Shown: piece after piece, positions 10,823 to 21,101 of the stretch
How positions within the stretch are numbered: position 1 is the stretch's first letter
Layout: each line of letters opens with the position of its first letter
Assembly: GCA_040220235.1 (NCBI GenBank)
Contig: JAVJTO010000163.1
Strand: one strand, 5' to 3'
DNA length: 64,000 bases
From: Coleofasciculus sp. B1-GNL1-01
GTDB taxonomy: Bacteria > Cyanobacteriota > Cyanobacteriia > Cyanobacteriales > Coleofasciculaceae
The notes under the pieces: generated by a model
Databases searched by the model: none
Seen by the model: only the letters and a program-made list of their open reading frames with translations
What the model was told of the DNA's origin: nothing
Made by a program: the position numbers and the translations under genes

Positions 10823-11689
10823 ATGACTGTTTGGAATCGCAACCAACGTCTTCAGTATATTCAGCAACTCAACCCCATTACTGACCATAGTTTAATTTGT
10901 CGCCTCGTCGCTGGCTACGAATTTCCGTGGGATATCACCCGTGCGTTGGAATTAGCCATGCTGAAAACGTTCTGCATTCCCAGTATTTCTCGACTGCTTA
11001 CTCGCACCGGAGAATTTCATCACCATACCCAAAAGCGCTACGATGATACAGGTTTACTCATTGCCGAGATTCTCCAATGGGGTTACGACAGTGAACGGGG
11101 TGCAGCATCGATTCGGAGGATGAATGCGATTCATGGGCATTATCCGATTAGTAATGACGATTTTCTCTATGTGCTTTCAACCTTCATCTATGAGCCAATT
11201 CGCTGGAATGAACACTTTGGGTGGCGGTTATTTTGTGAACAGGAAAAGCTAGCGATATTTTATTTTTGGCAAGCGGTAGGGGAAAGAATGCAAATTCGAG
11301 ATATACCCTCCACTTATGATGAATTTGCCCACTATAACCAGAAGTACGAACAAGACAATTTTGTGTATTCCGATAGTAATCGTGGTGTAGGAGAATCAAC
11401 GATTAATTTATTCCTAAGCTGGTTTCCGGCTTTGAGTCATCCTCTGCTGAAACCAGCTATGTATAGTTTATTCGATGAGCGAATGCTAGCGGCGTTTGGT
11501 TTTGCCAAGCCTTCTAGGTTTATGGTAACTGTTGCCCAAAATAGTCTCAAGTTGCGGGGATACTTCCAGCGCTGGCTTTTACCGAGAAGAAGGTCAGATT
11601 TCTTTACGGAGAGTCAGTTGAAAAGTTATCCTCGTGGGTATCAGTTAAGGGATATTGGTCCGAGTTGGATGCTGGATAAACTTGAGTGA
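10823..11689 (+). CDS. DUF2236/MpaB-like oxygenase family protein
   Basis: KRYDDT, RRMNAIHG and DFLYVLSTF motifs. Confidence 0.85.
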   Translation: MTVWNRNQRLQYIQQLNPITDHSLICRLVAGYEFPWDITRALELAMLKTFCIPSISRLLTRTGEFHHHTQKRYDDTGLLIAEILQWGYDSERGAASIRRMNAIHGHYPISNDDFLYVLSTFIYEPIRWNEHFGWRLFCEQEKLAIFYFWQAVGERMQIRDIPSTYDEFAHYNQKYEQDNFVYSDSNRGVGESTINLFLSWFPALSHPLLKPAMYSLFDERMLAAFGFAKPSRFMVTVAQNSLKLRGYFQRWLLPRRRSDFFTESQLKSYPRGYQLRDIGPSWMLDKLE

Positions 11690-11875
11690 AATTGTAGGGG
11701 ATTTAGGCTGGCATTCAAAGATTATTGGTTTATTCTTATACCATTTCTATTAGAGTTTAGTCCGTGTAGGCGGACTTAGTTTGTGTAGCTGCGATTTTAA
11801 TCGCCATAGTTACTCAGAGCCAGAGTTTTTCGGGTAATCTGAATAAAGGACAATTACACGTTCCATCAACCAACT

Positions 11876-13342
11876 GTGAGTGAAAAACGAATTCTTCTCT
11901 GGTATCGCAATGACTTGCGCTTGCATGATCACGAACCCCTACACCAGGCGCTTCAGACAAAGGCGCAGGTGATTCCCCTCTACTGCTTTGACGATCGCCT
12001 TTTTCACACCACATCCTTTGGATTCCCTAAAACTGGGGCATTCCGCGCTAAATTCCTAGTGGAAAGTGTAGCTGATTTGCGAGAGGTTTTGCGATCGCGG
12101 GGAAGTGATTTACTGGTGCGTCGGGGTTTACCGGAGAAGGTGATTCCCGCTTTAGCCAACAAACTGGGTATCACTGAGGTTTATTTTCACCAAGAAGTTA
12201 CCGCCGAAGAAGTCGCCGTAGAAGCTGCACTCAAACAAGCATTATCTGAGATTGGCATCACCGTACAAACCTTCTGGGGAAGTACCCTCTACCATCCTGA
12301 TAATTTACCCTTCAATCTCTCAAAAATTCCCGAACTTTTTACCAATTTTCGTAAGCAGGTGGAGAAAAAATCCACAATTTATCCCATCTTTCCCACCCCA
12401 AAACGTTTACCGTCTCTTCCCTCTATCGATGTTAGTGAATTGCCTCTACTCGCTGATTTTGGACTAGAACCCCCTATATTTGACCAACGGGCAGTATTAC
12501 AATTCCAAGGGGGAGAAACCGCCGGATTAGCCAGACTCGAAGACTATTTCTGGAAAAAAGACTGTCTCAAAATTTACAAACAAACCCGCAATGGTATGTT
12601 GGGGGCAGATTACTCCTCTAAATTTTCTCCCTGGCTAGCCTTGGGGTGTTTATCGCCACGTTTTATTTATGAACAGGTTCAGCAATACGAACAGGAACGA
12701 GTCAAAAATGATTCAACCTATTGGTTAGTGTTTGAGTTAATTTGGCGAGACTTTTTCCGATTTATTTGTGCCAAGCATGGGAACCGCATCTTTCGCCAAT
12801 CGGGGTTACAGGGTGTACCCATTCCCTGGAAAGAAGACTGGCAACCATTTACCCTTTGGCAGCAAGGAAAAACAGGTTTTCCCTTAGTTGACGCCAACAT
12901 GCGGGAACTCGCCGCCACTGGATTCATGTCCAATCGGGGACGGCAAAATGTTGCCAGTTTTCTCACCAAAAACCTAGGAATTAACTGGCAAATCGGCGCG
13001 GAGTGGTTTGAATCGGTACTGATTGACTACGATGTTTGTAGCAATTGGGGGAACTGGAACTATACGGCGGGAGTGGGCAACGATGCTCGTGGGTTTCGCT
13101 ATTTCAATATTCAAAAACAGTCGAAAGAGTATGATCCCCAAGGTTACTATGTCAAACATTGGCTACCCGAACTGGATTCTTTACCCGCCGCTAAAGTACA
13201 CCAACCTTGGACATTAACCCCAGCCGAGCAAAAACAGTTTAGGGTGAGACTTGGGGTAGATTATCCCCATCCGGTTGTAGACTTGATGCAGTCGGTGAAA
13301 GCAAACGAGAACGTTTATAATGCCGCCTTGAACCGTCGATAA
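11876..13342 (+). CDS. DASH-family cryptochrome
   Basis: WYRNDLRLHD, SSKFSPWLALG, GFMSNRGRQNVASFL and DYDVCSNWGNW motifs. Confidence 0.95.
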   Translation: MSEKRILLWYRNDLRLHDHEPLHQALQTKAQVIPLYCFDDRLFHTTSFGFPKTGAFRAKFLVESVADLREVLRSRGSDLLVRRGLPEKVIPALANKLGITEVYFHQEVTAEEVAVEAALKQALSEIGITVQTFWGSTLYHPDNLPFNLSKIPELFTNFRKQVEKKSTIYPIFPTPKRLPSLPSIDVSELPLLADFGLEPPIFDQRAVLQFQGGETAGLARLEDYFWKKDCLKIYKQTRNGMLGADYSSKFSPWLALGCLSPRFIYEQVQQYEQERVKNDSTYWLVFELIWRDFFRFICAKHGNRIFRQSGLQGVPIPWKEDWQPFTLWQQGKTGFPLVDANMRELAATGFMSNRGRQNVASFLTKNLGINWQIGAEWFESVLIDYDVCSNWGNWNYTAGVGNDARGFRYFNIQKQSKEYDPQGYYVKHWLPELDSLPAAKVHQPWTLTPAEQKQFRVRLGVDYPHPVVDLMQSVKANENVYNAALNRR

Positions 13343-13601
13343 CATTGGTGATTGGGAAAGAGGTGATGGGGGAACAGGACAAGTGTTGCATGTCGCCGTC
13401 TGTACATAAAGAATTATCCTGTCATAAAGCTTAGGACAGGTGGAATGGCTGAAATGACACCTCCTGCATCCCTACAACCCTACGACCATCTTTATAATTC
13501 GTTAGCCTAGAAGAAGGTCAAGTCAATGTGAATCAGAGGATTCAGTATCCTGAGTGCAAATTCTTCTAGGATATATCAGGAGTGACATAGCGGAGAACTA
13601 G

Positions 13602-13898
13602 ATGGCTAATATCAAATTTGTCAAGGAAGACCAGGAAGTCATTGCAGCAGATGGGGCGAACTTACGGGAGAAAGCCCTGCAAAACAAGATTGACCTGTAT
13701 ACCTTGAAAGGAAAATTGATGAACTGTGGAGGCTATGGTCAATGTGGCACCTGCGTTGTCGAGGTTGTCGAAGGGATGGAAAATCTCTCACCTCGAACTG
13801 AGGTAGAACAGCGTAAACTGAAGAAAAAACCGGAGAGTTACCGATTAGCCTGCCAAACCTTGGTCAATGGACCAGTCAGCGTGAAAACTAAACCCTGA
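13602..13898 (+). CDS. 2Fe-2S ferredoxin-like protein
   Basis: [10 protein letters not shown]...RLACQ. Confidence 0.92.
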   Translation: MANIKFVKEDQEVIAADGANLREKALQNKIDLYTLKGKLMNCGGYGQCGTCVVEVVEGMENLSPRTEVEQRKLKKKPESYRLACQTLVNGPVSVKTKP

Positions 13899-14072
13899 AG
13901 CGGCGAGGAGTAGGGAGAACAGGGGAAGCAATACAGAGACGTGCCATGGTGCGTCTGGGAGCAGAGGAAATAATGTAGCTGATCAATATTTGCTCTCAAG
14001 CTGCACTATTGGCAGAAGCCAATGATATTCTAAGAAGAGCGGTTCAAAACCAATTGTAGAGGCACTAGTTCA

Positions 14073-14189
14073 ATGCAAGTTAATGATTTAGGGTTCGTTG
14101 CCAGTCTTCTGTTTGTGCTGGTTCCCACAGTTTTTTTGTTGATTCTGTATATCCAGACAGCTAGCCGAGAAAGCAATCGAAATTCTTAG
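14073..14189 (+). CDS. psbM: Photosystem II reaction centre protein M (not in the ORF track)
   Basis: Manual translation [38 protein letters not shown]; upstream GAGG. Confidence 0.95.
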   Translation: MQVNDLGFVASLLFVLVPTVFLLILYIQTASRESNRNS

Positions 14190-14215
14190 CATTGGCTGTC
14201 TACCCTTCGCCCATG

Positions 14216-14249
14216 AGATCCCCGACTTCTTCGAGAAGTCGGGGATCTA
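14216..14249. repeat. AGATCCCCGAC..GTCGGGGATCT palindrome family
   Basis: Near-perfect hairpin; further copies at ~38437, 43590, 46260 and 58905. Confidence 0.85.
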
Positions 14250-14365
14250 GCACTCAATCCGGTGTGCGGGCTAACAACACGGGACAATTCGCATACACCC
14301 GCCCATAGTCCGACAGTGAGTAGGGTGGGCATTGCCCACCAACCTTAAGGAGCGTGCCATTTTAC

Positions 14366-15214
14366 TCAATCCGGTGTACGGGTTAATAGCACAGGGCAAT
14401 TCGCATACACCCGCACATAGTCCGACAGGGAAGTCCCCAGCAATCGGTCTAAATCAGGGAGAGACTTAGCAATAGTGGGACGGCGTTCCGGAGAACCGAG
14501 GACTAACAAGTCCACATTCATTTCATCTGCCAAGCGGCAAATCTCTCGTCCAGCCTGACCTTGACTATTGATACATTTATAGGCAACGCCTTGTTTTTTC
14601 GCTTCCGCCGCCGCCGATGCCAAAACGGGATCGGTTTCAGGCGTGGTTATCGGTTCACCCGATGGCGTTTTTTGGTCAGGGTTGATGTGAACTAAATACA
14701 GTTGACCGCCTTTGACATCCCGAATCAGAGACAGTGCCAAATCCAAGCCTTGCTTAGCACTCTCGGATTTATTCATAGACACCATGACTCGTTTGATCCG
14801 TTTGACGTAGATCTCGTCTTTCACCAATAACATGGGACGAGAGGACAATTGGAAAACATATTGGCTAACGGAGTTTTCCAAGATAGATTCCAATCGTTTG
14901 AGTCCTCTTGACCCCATAATCACCAGGTCAGATTGCTCTTCCTCAGCCACTTGCAGCACTACGTCTTTGGGATCTCCCTGTTTGAGTCGGGGTGTGATTT
15001 TGTTGGGATCGATTTTGAGAGACTTGATGGCGTCTGCCAAAATCTTACCTCCCTCTTCTAGCTTGGCTGACATGGCGTCAGCACTAACTTGGGGTGTGAC
15101 CACATGGAGAACCGTAACCGATGCCTGTTGCATGATTGGGATTTCGGTCAACATATTAAACATTTCTTCACATAATCCCCGACCAGCAACAGCGAGCAAA
15201 ATTTTTTCAATCAT
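14366..15214 (-). CDS. Tandem-domain universal stress protein
   Basis: Two USP domains: GDPKD..DLVIMGSRG and DLLVLGS..GTSLSDYV..CPVLL. Confidence 0.92.
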   Translation of the reverse strand: MIEKILLAVAGRGLCEEMFNMLTEIPIMQQASVTVLHVVTPQVSADAMSAKLEEGGKILADAIKSLKIDPNKITPRLKQGDPKDVVLQVAEEEQSDLVIMGSRGLKRLESILENSVSQYVFQLSSRPMLLVKDEIYVKRIKRVMVSMNKSESAKQGLDLALSLIRDVKGGQLYLVHINPDQKTPSGEPITTPETDPVLASAAAEAKKQGVAYKCINSQGQAGREICRLADEMNVDLLVLGSPERRPTIAKSLPDLDRLLGTSLSDYVRVYANCPVLLTRTPD

Positions 15215-15594
15215 GGTTTCAATCGTTGTGAGTGATTACGATGAGACTTTCGCCATTGCAGGAGAGTCGGAGGCATATTGGGGTAAATTCCGCAAGCCCC
15301 AGAAGTAGTAGTTGTTTCCCTGACAATGCATCAGTCCTGAACGTTATCGTATTTGCGTCTTCTAAAACTAAGGATACTGGGAATCGGGGTTTCAAAATTT
15401 GACAATTTATGAAAGCGTCAACGACTGGAGGTTTCGGGGGAGATGGGGAAGATGGGGAAGATCGGGAAGATGGGGGAGATCGGGAAGATAGGGGAGATGG
15501 GGGAGATTAAGACTTCTTGGCGGATGGTTAACAAAGTTTCTCGGTCAACGTTAACATTCGTTAGGGTAGAACAGTCTATTGAGAATATATTTCC

Positions 15595-16158
15595 ATGAAC
15601 CTTTCAAGACTCTGGCAGGTAATTATTACAGTAGTATTAGTGCTGGGACTCTATATGCCCCCGGTGACGGCGGCTGAAACCCTTTCCCCTAGAACTGATA
15701 CATTTAATGCTTTGGTGCAGGAATGTCTGGAACTCCAAGGAGAGACATCTCTGAGTGCTTGTGATCAAGCCATTGAACTGCATCCGGATGACGTGATTCC
15801 TTGGTATGGGCGTTCTCGCGTGTTATCGGCTTTAGGACAACAAGAAGAAGCCAATCAGTCTTATGCGCGGGTGCGGGTGATTCAAGCGTACTACAATGCG
15901 ATCGCGCAACTGCTTGCCCAACGAGAACAGATTGAGTCGTTGATGCAAAATGACGAGCAATTCTCTCAACTCGAAGCCGCGATTGATAGTGAGGATGTGG
16001 AGGAAGAGCAGTTGGAACAACTGCAACAGCTTAAACAACAGATTCTCACACTCCGAGAAAATCCTAGCCTCCTTGATGAAGAAATAGCGGATGCGATGCT
16101 TCAGGTACGCGATCGCTTGGCTGATATTATTGGACAAATTTCCGCCACCGCCTCATAA
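15595..16158 (+). CDS. Secreted TPR/coiled-coil protein
   Basis: Signal peptide; ACDQAIELHPDDVIPWYGRS TPR-like unit. Confidence 0.7.
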   Translation: MNLSRLWQVIITVVLVLGLYMPPVTAAETLSPRTDTFNALVQECLELQGETSLSACDQAIELHPDDVIPWYGRSRVLSALGQQEEANQSYARVRVIQAYYNAIAQLLAQREQIESLMQNDEQFSQLEAAIDSEDVEEEQLEQLQQLKQQILTLRENPSLLDEEIADAMLQVRDRLADIIGQISATAS

Positions 16159-16487
16159 GTAGGAGGTGCTGAAGTAGGAGGTGCTGAATCAGGATGGTGG
16201 TGAGGGAGATAGGCATTGGTGTCAACTTAAGCGCCAACAGCAGAGGAAGCAGGGGGAGCAGGGGAAGCGGAGGGAGTAGGGGAAGCAGGGGAAGCCATGG
16301 TACATTTTTCCTGTAATCCATTAAAGATGCAGTTAATTAGTACTTCTTTCCTATTCCCCATTTCTTATTACCTTCAATTAATTCTTAGGATTTATTTGGA
16401 TATTCGACTTGAGATAGATGAGATAACGGGCAATTTTCTAGACACTAGAGAGTTGTATAGAAGAATTATAAGGATAAAGTCGCTCTA

Positions 16488-17084
16488 ATGAACTATCTCA
16501 ACAAGACGTGGCAACTCCTAGGATTTACCACCATCTATTCACTGGCACTAACCATTTTGCCCAAGGTAGCCAATGCAAATCAACCCCCATCTGTACAGGG
16601 TTCTGATGAGTATCAGATTGCTCAAGCAACCAATTGCCGAGAGGTTGATGTCAATACCATGCTGAATATCCGCCAACAACCTTATGGACAGGTTATCGGA
16701 GCTTTAGAAAATGAACAAACCGTCACTATTATCGGTGAACCTGAAGATGGATGGGTACAGATTGACGCCCCGATGGATGGTTATGTGGCAGCCAGATATT
16801 TAGAATATTGTACGGGTGCAGTTCCCCCGTCCGAACCCACCGGTCAAACACCGCCAACTACCCCCGGAAATGAGCAGGTTTCCACTGTACCCGGTGATAA
16901 CTGTCGTCAGGTAGTTTCGCCAAATATATCAGTGCGATCGCAACCGAATGGCGAAGTAATTGGTACGCTAGAAAAAAATCGGACAGTTTATATCGCCAAC
17001 GAGGGAAACAATGGTTGGGTGCCGATTGAAAGACCAATAGACGGCTATGTGAATGCGGCAAATCTGGGCTACTGTTATCAGTAA
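16488..17084 (+). CDS. Secreted protein with two bacterial SH3 domains
   Basis: Two repeats of LNIR..P.G.VIG.L....GWV.I..P.DGYV, each flanked by Cys. Confidence 0.85.
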   Translation: MNYLNKTWQLLGFTTIYSLALTILPKVANANQPPSVQGSDEYQIAQATNCREVDVNTMLNIRQQPYGQVIGALENEQTVTIIGEPEDGWVQIDAPMDGYVAARYLEYCTGAVPPSEPTGQTPPTTPGNEQVSTVPGDNCRQVVSPNISVRSQPNGEVIGTLEKNRTVYIANEGNNGWVPIERPIDGYVNAANLGYCYQ

Positions 17085-17116
17085 ACTGTTTTAAGCCAAA
17101 TAACACATTTTGCACC

Positions 17117-17800
17117 GTGAGTCAACCCTCTCAACAGCGAGACTTTCTCGCCAATACCCAACTCTGGCGAGGTTTGCCGGATGAGCAGTTAGACGCGATC
17201 GCAATGGTTGCGATCGCCAAATCCTATCATAAAGGTGAGGTAATTTTTGTTGAAGGGGAGGACGGTAGGGGATTCTTTGTCGTGAAATCCGGTCGAGTCA
17301 AAGTATTTAAGTTATCAGCGGAAGGGAAAGAACAAATATTAAAATTTTTTGAGGTGGGAGAACATTTTGCCGAAGTCCCCGCTTTTGATGGCGAATGCTT
17401 TCCCGCATCGGCTACAGCTTTAGAGAAAACTGAATTGTTATTTTTTGGGCGCGATGCTTTCTTAGAATTGTTGGAGCAACAGCCAAAGATAGCGATTAAT
17501 ATGTTAGCCGTTTTTGCGCGGCATTTGCGACATTTTGCCCGATTAATTGAAGATTTATCGTTAAAGGAAGTACCCGGACGGTTAGCGGCTTATTTGCTCT
17601 ATTTAAGCGAACGGTCTGATCATCCCAATCACGTAAAATTAGATATAACCAAGACTCAGTTAGCCTCTTTATTAGGAACGATTCCTGAAACATTATCACG
17701 GGTATTTGCCAAATTGAGTCAGGAAGAATTGATTTCAATTCAAGGGTCGAGAATTCAGATATTAAATCCAGAAATATTACGGATTTTATCGGAACGATAA
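17117..17800 (+). CDS. Crp/Fnr family transcriptional regulator
   Basis: cNMP-binding fold and LGTIPETLSR HTH; no Fnr-type Cys cluster. Confidence 0.92.
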   Translation: MSQPSQQRDFLANTQLWRGLPDEQLDAIAMVAIAKSYHKGEVIFVEGEDGRGFFVVKSGRVKVFKLSAEGKEQILKFFEVGEHFAEVPAFDGECFPASATALEKTELLFFGRDAFLELLEQQPKIAINMLAVFARHLRHFARLIEDLSLKEVPGRLAAYLLYLSERSDHPNHVKLDITKTQLASLLGTIPETLSRVFAKLSQEELISIQGSRIQILNPEILRILSER

Positions 17801-18196
17801 CTACGCCCATAAAAGGAGAAATTGTTGGAATTCGTAGGGTGGGTTAGGCGGGGACTTAATCAACACCAATAACTATTTAATGGACTATCCGCCGTAACCC
17901 ACCAAAACCAGCGTTGTAGGAGACGTTTGAATTTATATAGCAATAAAATCGCTCAATCCCTTGTAAGGTAAGAGTTTTTCTTCACTATTGCCTATTGCCC
18001 ATTGCCCAGCGCGTAGCGCTATATTAAAAGTACTGCCACACTCACTGGGGAAGGGCGGGTTTTGTTGAGAGGTTAACGGTCAGGTCATCTAACTGAGTGG
18101 CTAAACCCGCCCCTACAATTTCTATTGTCTTCATTGTACACTAAGAAATATTTCACCTTAAAAAGGACATATAGCAAATGACGATCCTCACCTACT

Positions 18197-20494
18197 CTAC
18201 ACCGTCGTTTCCTGAGGCACTTTCGCATAATAGCGATGATAATAATCATAAGAACTCGTGGTGTAATTCTTAACCCCATTCGCCACCACTCCCAACACTC
18301 TGGCATGAGAGGTTTTCAATCCAGATAACACCTGCATCAATACCGTTCGATCTGTTCTTCCTAATCCCACCACCATAACAATTCCATCGGTATGCGCCGC
18401 CAATAACCGCGCATCAGCTAAACCTAACATCGGTGGTGTATCAAAAATAACTAAATCAAACATTTCTTCAAACGACTCAACTAAATGCTGCATCTTTTGA
18501 GAACAGAGGAGTCGAGTCGGATCAGGCGGAATTTGCCCAGCAGTTAACACAAACAAATTCTCCTCCAATGGTGATGGCTGAATTACATCTTTCACATTAA
18601 TGTCACTGGAAATAACATGACTCAATCCCCAAACATTAGGTAAATCCGTTCTCGCATGGAGCTGCGGACGCCGCAAATCGGCATCCACCAATAATACCCG
18701 TTGTCCCATGGCGGCGGCGGCTTGTGCCATAAACGTCGCTATAGTGGATTTGCCATCAGCAGGAACCGCTGAACTAATTACTACTGAACGAACGGGTTCA
18801 TCGGGACTAATAAACTGAAAATTAGTCTGAAGCGAACGAAATGCTTCCAAAAATGGAGAAGTATGATAGCGATAAGCAGGTTGATTTATAGAAGATGCCA
18901 ACAACGGAGTTTTTGATTTATTGGCTGTTTTCGTCAGTTTATTTTGTTTCTTCAAGGGTTTGTGAAAGGGAATCGTTCCCAAAACTGCTAACCCTGTCCC
19001 TTCCTTCAACTCCTCAGCCGAGTGAAACACCTTATCCAACTTTTCGGCAACAAACCCCGCCCCTGCACCTGCCAGTAATCCAGCCACTGCCCCTAAGACT
19101 AAACCACGAGGTACATTGGGAGAAGTTGGTGTTTGGGGTTGTTGGGGTTCGGCAATTAACTGCCAAGGTAATGTCTTTTGGGCAGCTTCAATTTGTAGCG
19201 TCTCTCGCACTGCCAAAAATCGGTTCAAACTCTCGGTGGCGACTTTCAACTCTCGCTGTAAATCCGTATACTGACGGGCAACCACTGCCAAATTCTTAAG
19301 CTGCTGACTCATCAACCGTTCGGCTTTAGCGATCGCACCTGCCCGCACTTCTAGCATATTAATTTGATTCGTTGTCTCTACAAGCTGTTGAGTCAGTGCC
19401 AAACGCAGGGAACTAGGCGACGCCAGAGATTCCGGATTTTCCGGTACAGCACTAGCATTTGCCCCCAAAACAGTTCCGGCTTCCTGACTCAGCAGAGGAA
19501 GTAAATTTTGTTGCTTCTCTCGTAGCGCCTGAATCGTGGGACTCTGTTCGGTAAACCGCGCCGATTCACTAGCAATTTTACTTTCAATCTCCGTTAACTG
19601 ATTCAGCAACTGCTGATAACGCGGGGCTTCGGAGAGGGCGGAAGCCGCGATCGCTTGTTTGGGAGATAGTCCTAATTCTCCTAACTGACTTTGAAGTTGC
19701 ACCGCCAGGGTGCGGGCTTCATCCAGTTTAGTTTGGGTATCTTGACGTTCTTGGACAATGGTGCTAACTCGACTGGTCAATACTTGACCCTGACTATCCG
19801 GATCAACCAGATTATACTCTTGGCGAAATCGCTGTAGTTTTTGCTGGAGACTATCCACCCGCCCTTGAAGTTTTGGCAGTTGCTCTTCGACAAACTCAAT
19901 CCCCTGTCGCGTACTCGTCTGTTGTTCAGAGAGCGAGTAGTTTACATACCCTGTCGCAATTTGCTCTAGAATAAACTGAATTTTTTCCGGGTCAGAATCT
20001 TGGTAACGTACTTCTAAAATTTTCGTTTGTTGCAGCCGATAAATCGCCAGTTTGCTGCGAAGCGTATTATAGTCAAGTTCTGGATAGCGAGACTGAATTT
20101 GTTCCACAATCGGAGCCATCACTTGAGGACTCCACAGCACCTGAATCTGGGTTTCGTAGTCTAAACTGTTGCCTTGACTCCCACCCCCTTGATTCAGGGA
20201 TTCACTAATCTGCTCTAACTGATCTTCACCGGAAACTGACCCCACCAATAACTGAAACTTACCTTCGTAGTTGGGCGTCTGCTGCAAGACTTTCGTGACA
20301 ATTGCCGAAGTGACGGTAATCGCCACTCCAGCGATAACCAACGCCCGCCGCCGCGCGATCGCGAGAATCTGACGCAAGTCCAGCTTGTCGTCTTCTGTCT
20401 CAGCAAACCCATGCAGGGGCAGAGGAGACAATTGTGATGGTCGTTGTCCATTACGATTGGATAGTAACGACTGATACTCTCCATTTGAACCCAT
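18197..20494 (-). CDS. GumC/Wzc polysaccharide co-polymerase tyrosine autokinase
   Basis: EAFRSL, ADGKST Walker A, DADLRRP and DTPP motifs; Tyr-rich C-terminus. Confidence 0.92.
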   Translation of the reverse strand: MGSNGEYQSLLSNRNGQRPSQLSPLPLHGFAETEDDKLDLRQILAIARRRALVIAGVAITVTSAIVTKVLQQTPNYEGKFQLLVGSVSGEDQLEQISESLNQGGGSQGNSLDYETQIQVLWSPQVMAPIVEQIQSRYPELDYNTLRSKLAIYRLQQTKILEVRYQDSDPEKIQFILEQIATGYVNYSLSEQQTSTRQGIEFVEEQLPKLQGRVDSLQQKLQRFRQEYNLVDPDSQGQVLTSRVSTIVQERQDTQTKLDEARTLAVQLQSQLGELGLSPKQAIAASALSEAPRYQQLLNQLTEIESKIASESARFTEQSPTIQALREKQQNLLPLLSQEAGTVLGANASAVPENPESLASPSSLRLALTQQLVETTNQINMLEVRAGAIAKAERLMSQQLKNLAVVARQYTDLQRELKVATESLNRFLAVRETLQIEAAQKTLPWQLIAEPQQPQTPTSPNVPRGLVLGAVAGLLAGAGAGFVAEKLDKVFHSAEELKEGTGLAVLGTIPFHKPLKKQNKLTKTANKSKTPLLASSINQPAYRYHTSPFLEAFRSLQTNFQFISPDEPVRSVVISSAVPADGKSTIATFMAQAAAAMGQRVLLVDADLRRPQLHARTDLPNVWGLSHVISSDINVKDVIQPSPLEENLFVLTAGQIPPDPTRLLCSQKMQHLVESFEEMFDLVIFDTPPMLGLADARLLAAHTDGIVMVVGLGRTDRTVLMQVLSGLKTSHARVLGVVANGVKNYTTSSYDYYHRYYAKVPQETTV

Positions 20495-21101
20495 AATTCA
20501 GTTAAACGTTGGCGTTTCTAACACTGAGGCTAAAAGTTAGCGGTTAGATCCCTTGTTCCAGAGGAAGTTGGGATACACGATGATTTAAAAAAGCAGGGAG
20601 AACTCCTGACGACAGGAGGAGAACAATTTTTTTAGATGTTCTGGTGTACGCTAGTCATGATGAATACTTAAAGATACAGCGCTGGTGCGCTCAATCAGGA
20701 CAATCCTTACAAGGGTCAGGGTGCAGGCACTTTTAGCTGATTCACCTCGTCTATTGCTGCGGTAGATGGGGAAGCCGATGCAGACGAATATCTGAAATCT
20801 ATCCGAGACGACTCGCAATTTGCGTCAAAATGTGTTTATGCTCCAATGACCACGATTACCTAGTTGAGATTAACGACTAGTGACTAACTTTGATCTCAAC
20901 TCAATTTATGCTAGGTGATAAAATTGAAATTTATGCTTTTAACAATTAAAATACTTATAAATAGCTTTTAAGTATAAGCAATCAGCCTAGAATTAATTTT
21001 AAATCTTTAGATCCAATAAAATCCGGATATAGGCAAATGAATGTGTAAATTCGAGCGTAGTTCGATATCCGTCTAAGATCCCCAGTCAGTAACACAGTAA
21101 C

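Noticed and set aside
14252..14431. DGR template/variable repeat pair
   Set aside because: The differences are not adenine-specific on either strand, are mostly synonymous, and no reverse transcriptase is in the window.
15437..15506. CRISPR-like array (also the tracts at 16240 and 32722)
   Set aside because: These are directly tandem 7-10-mers without unique spacers, and no cas genes are present.
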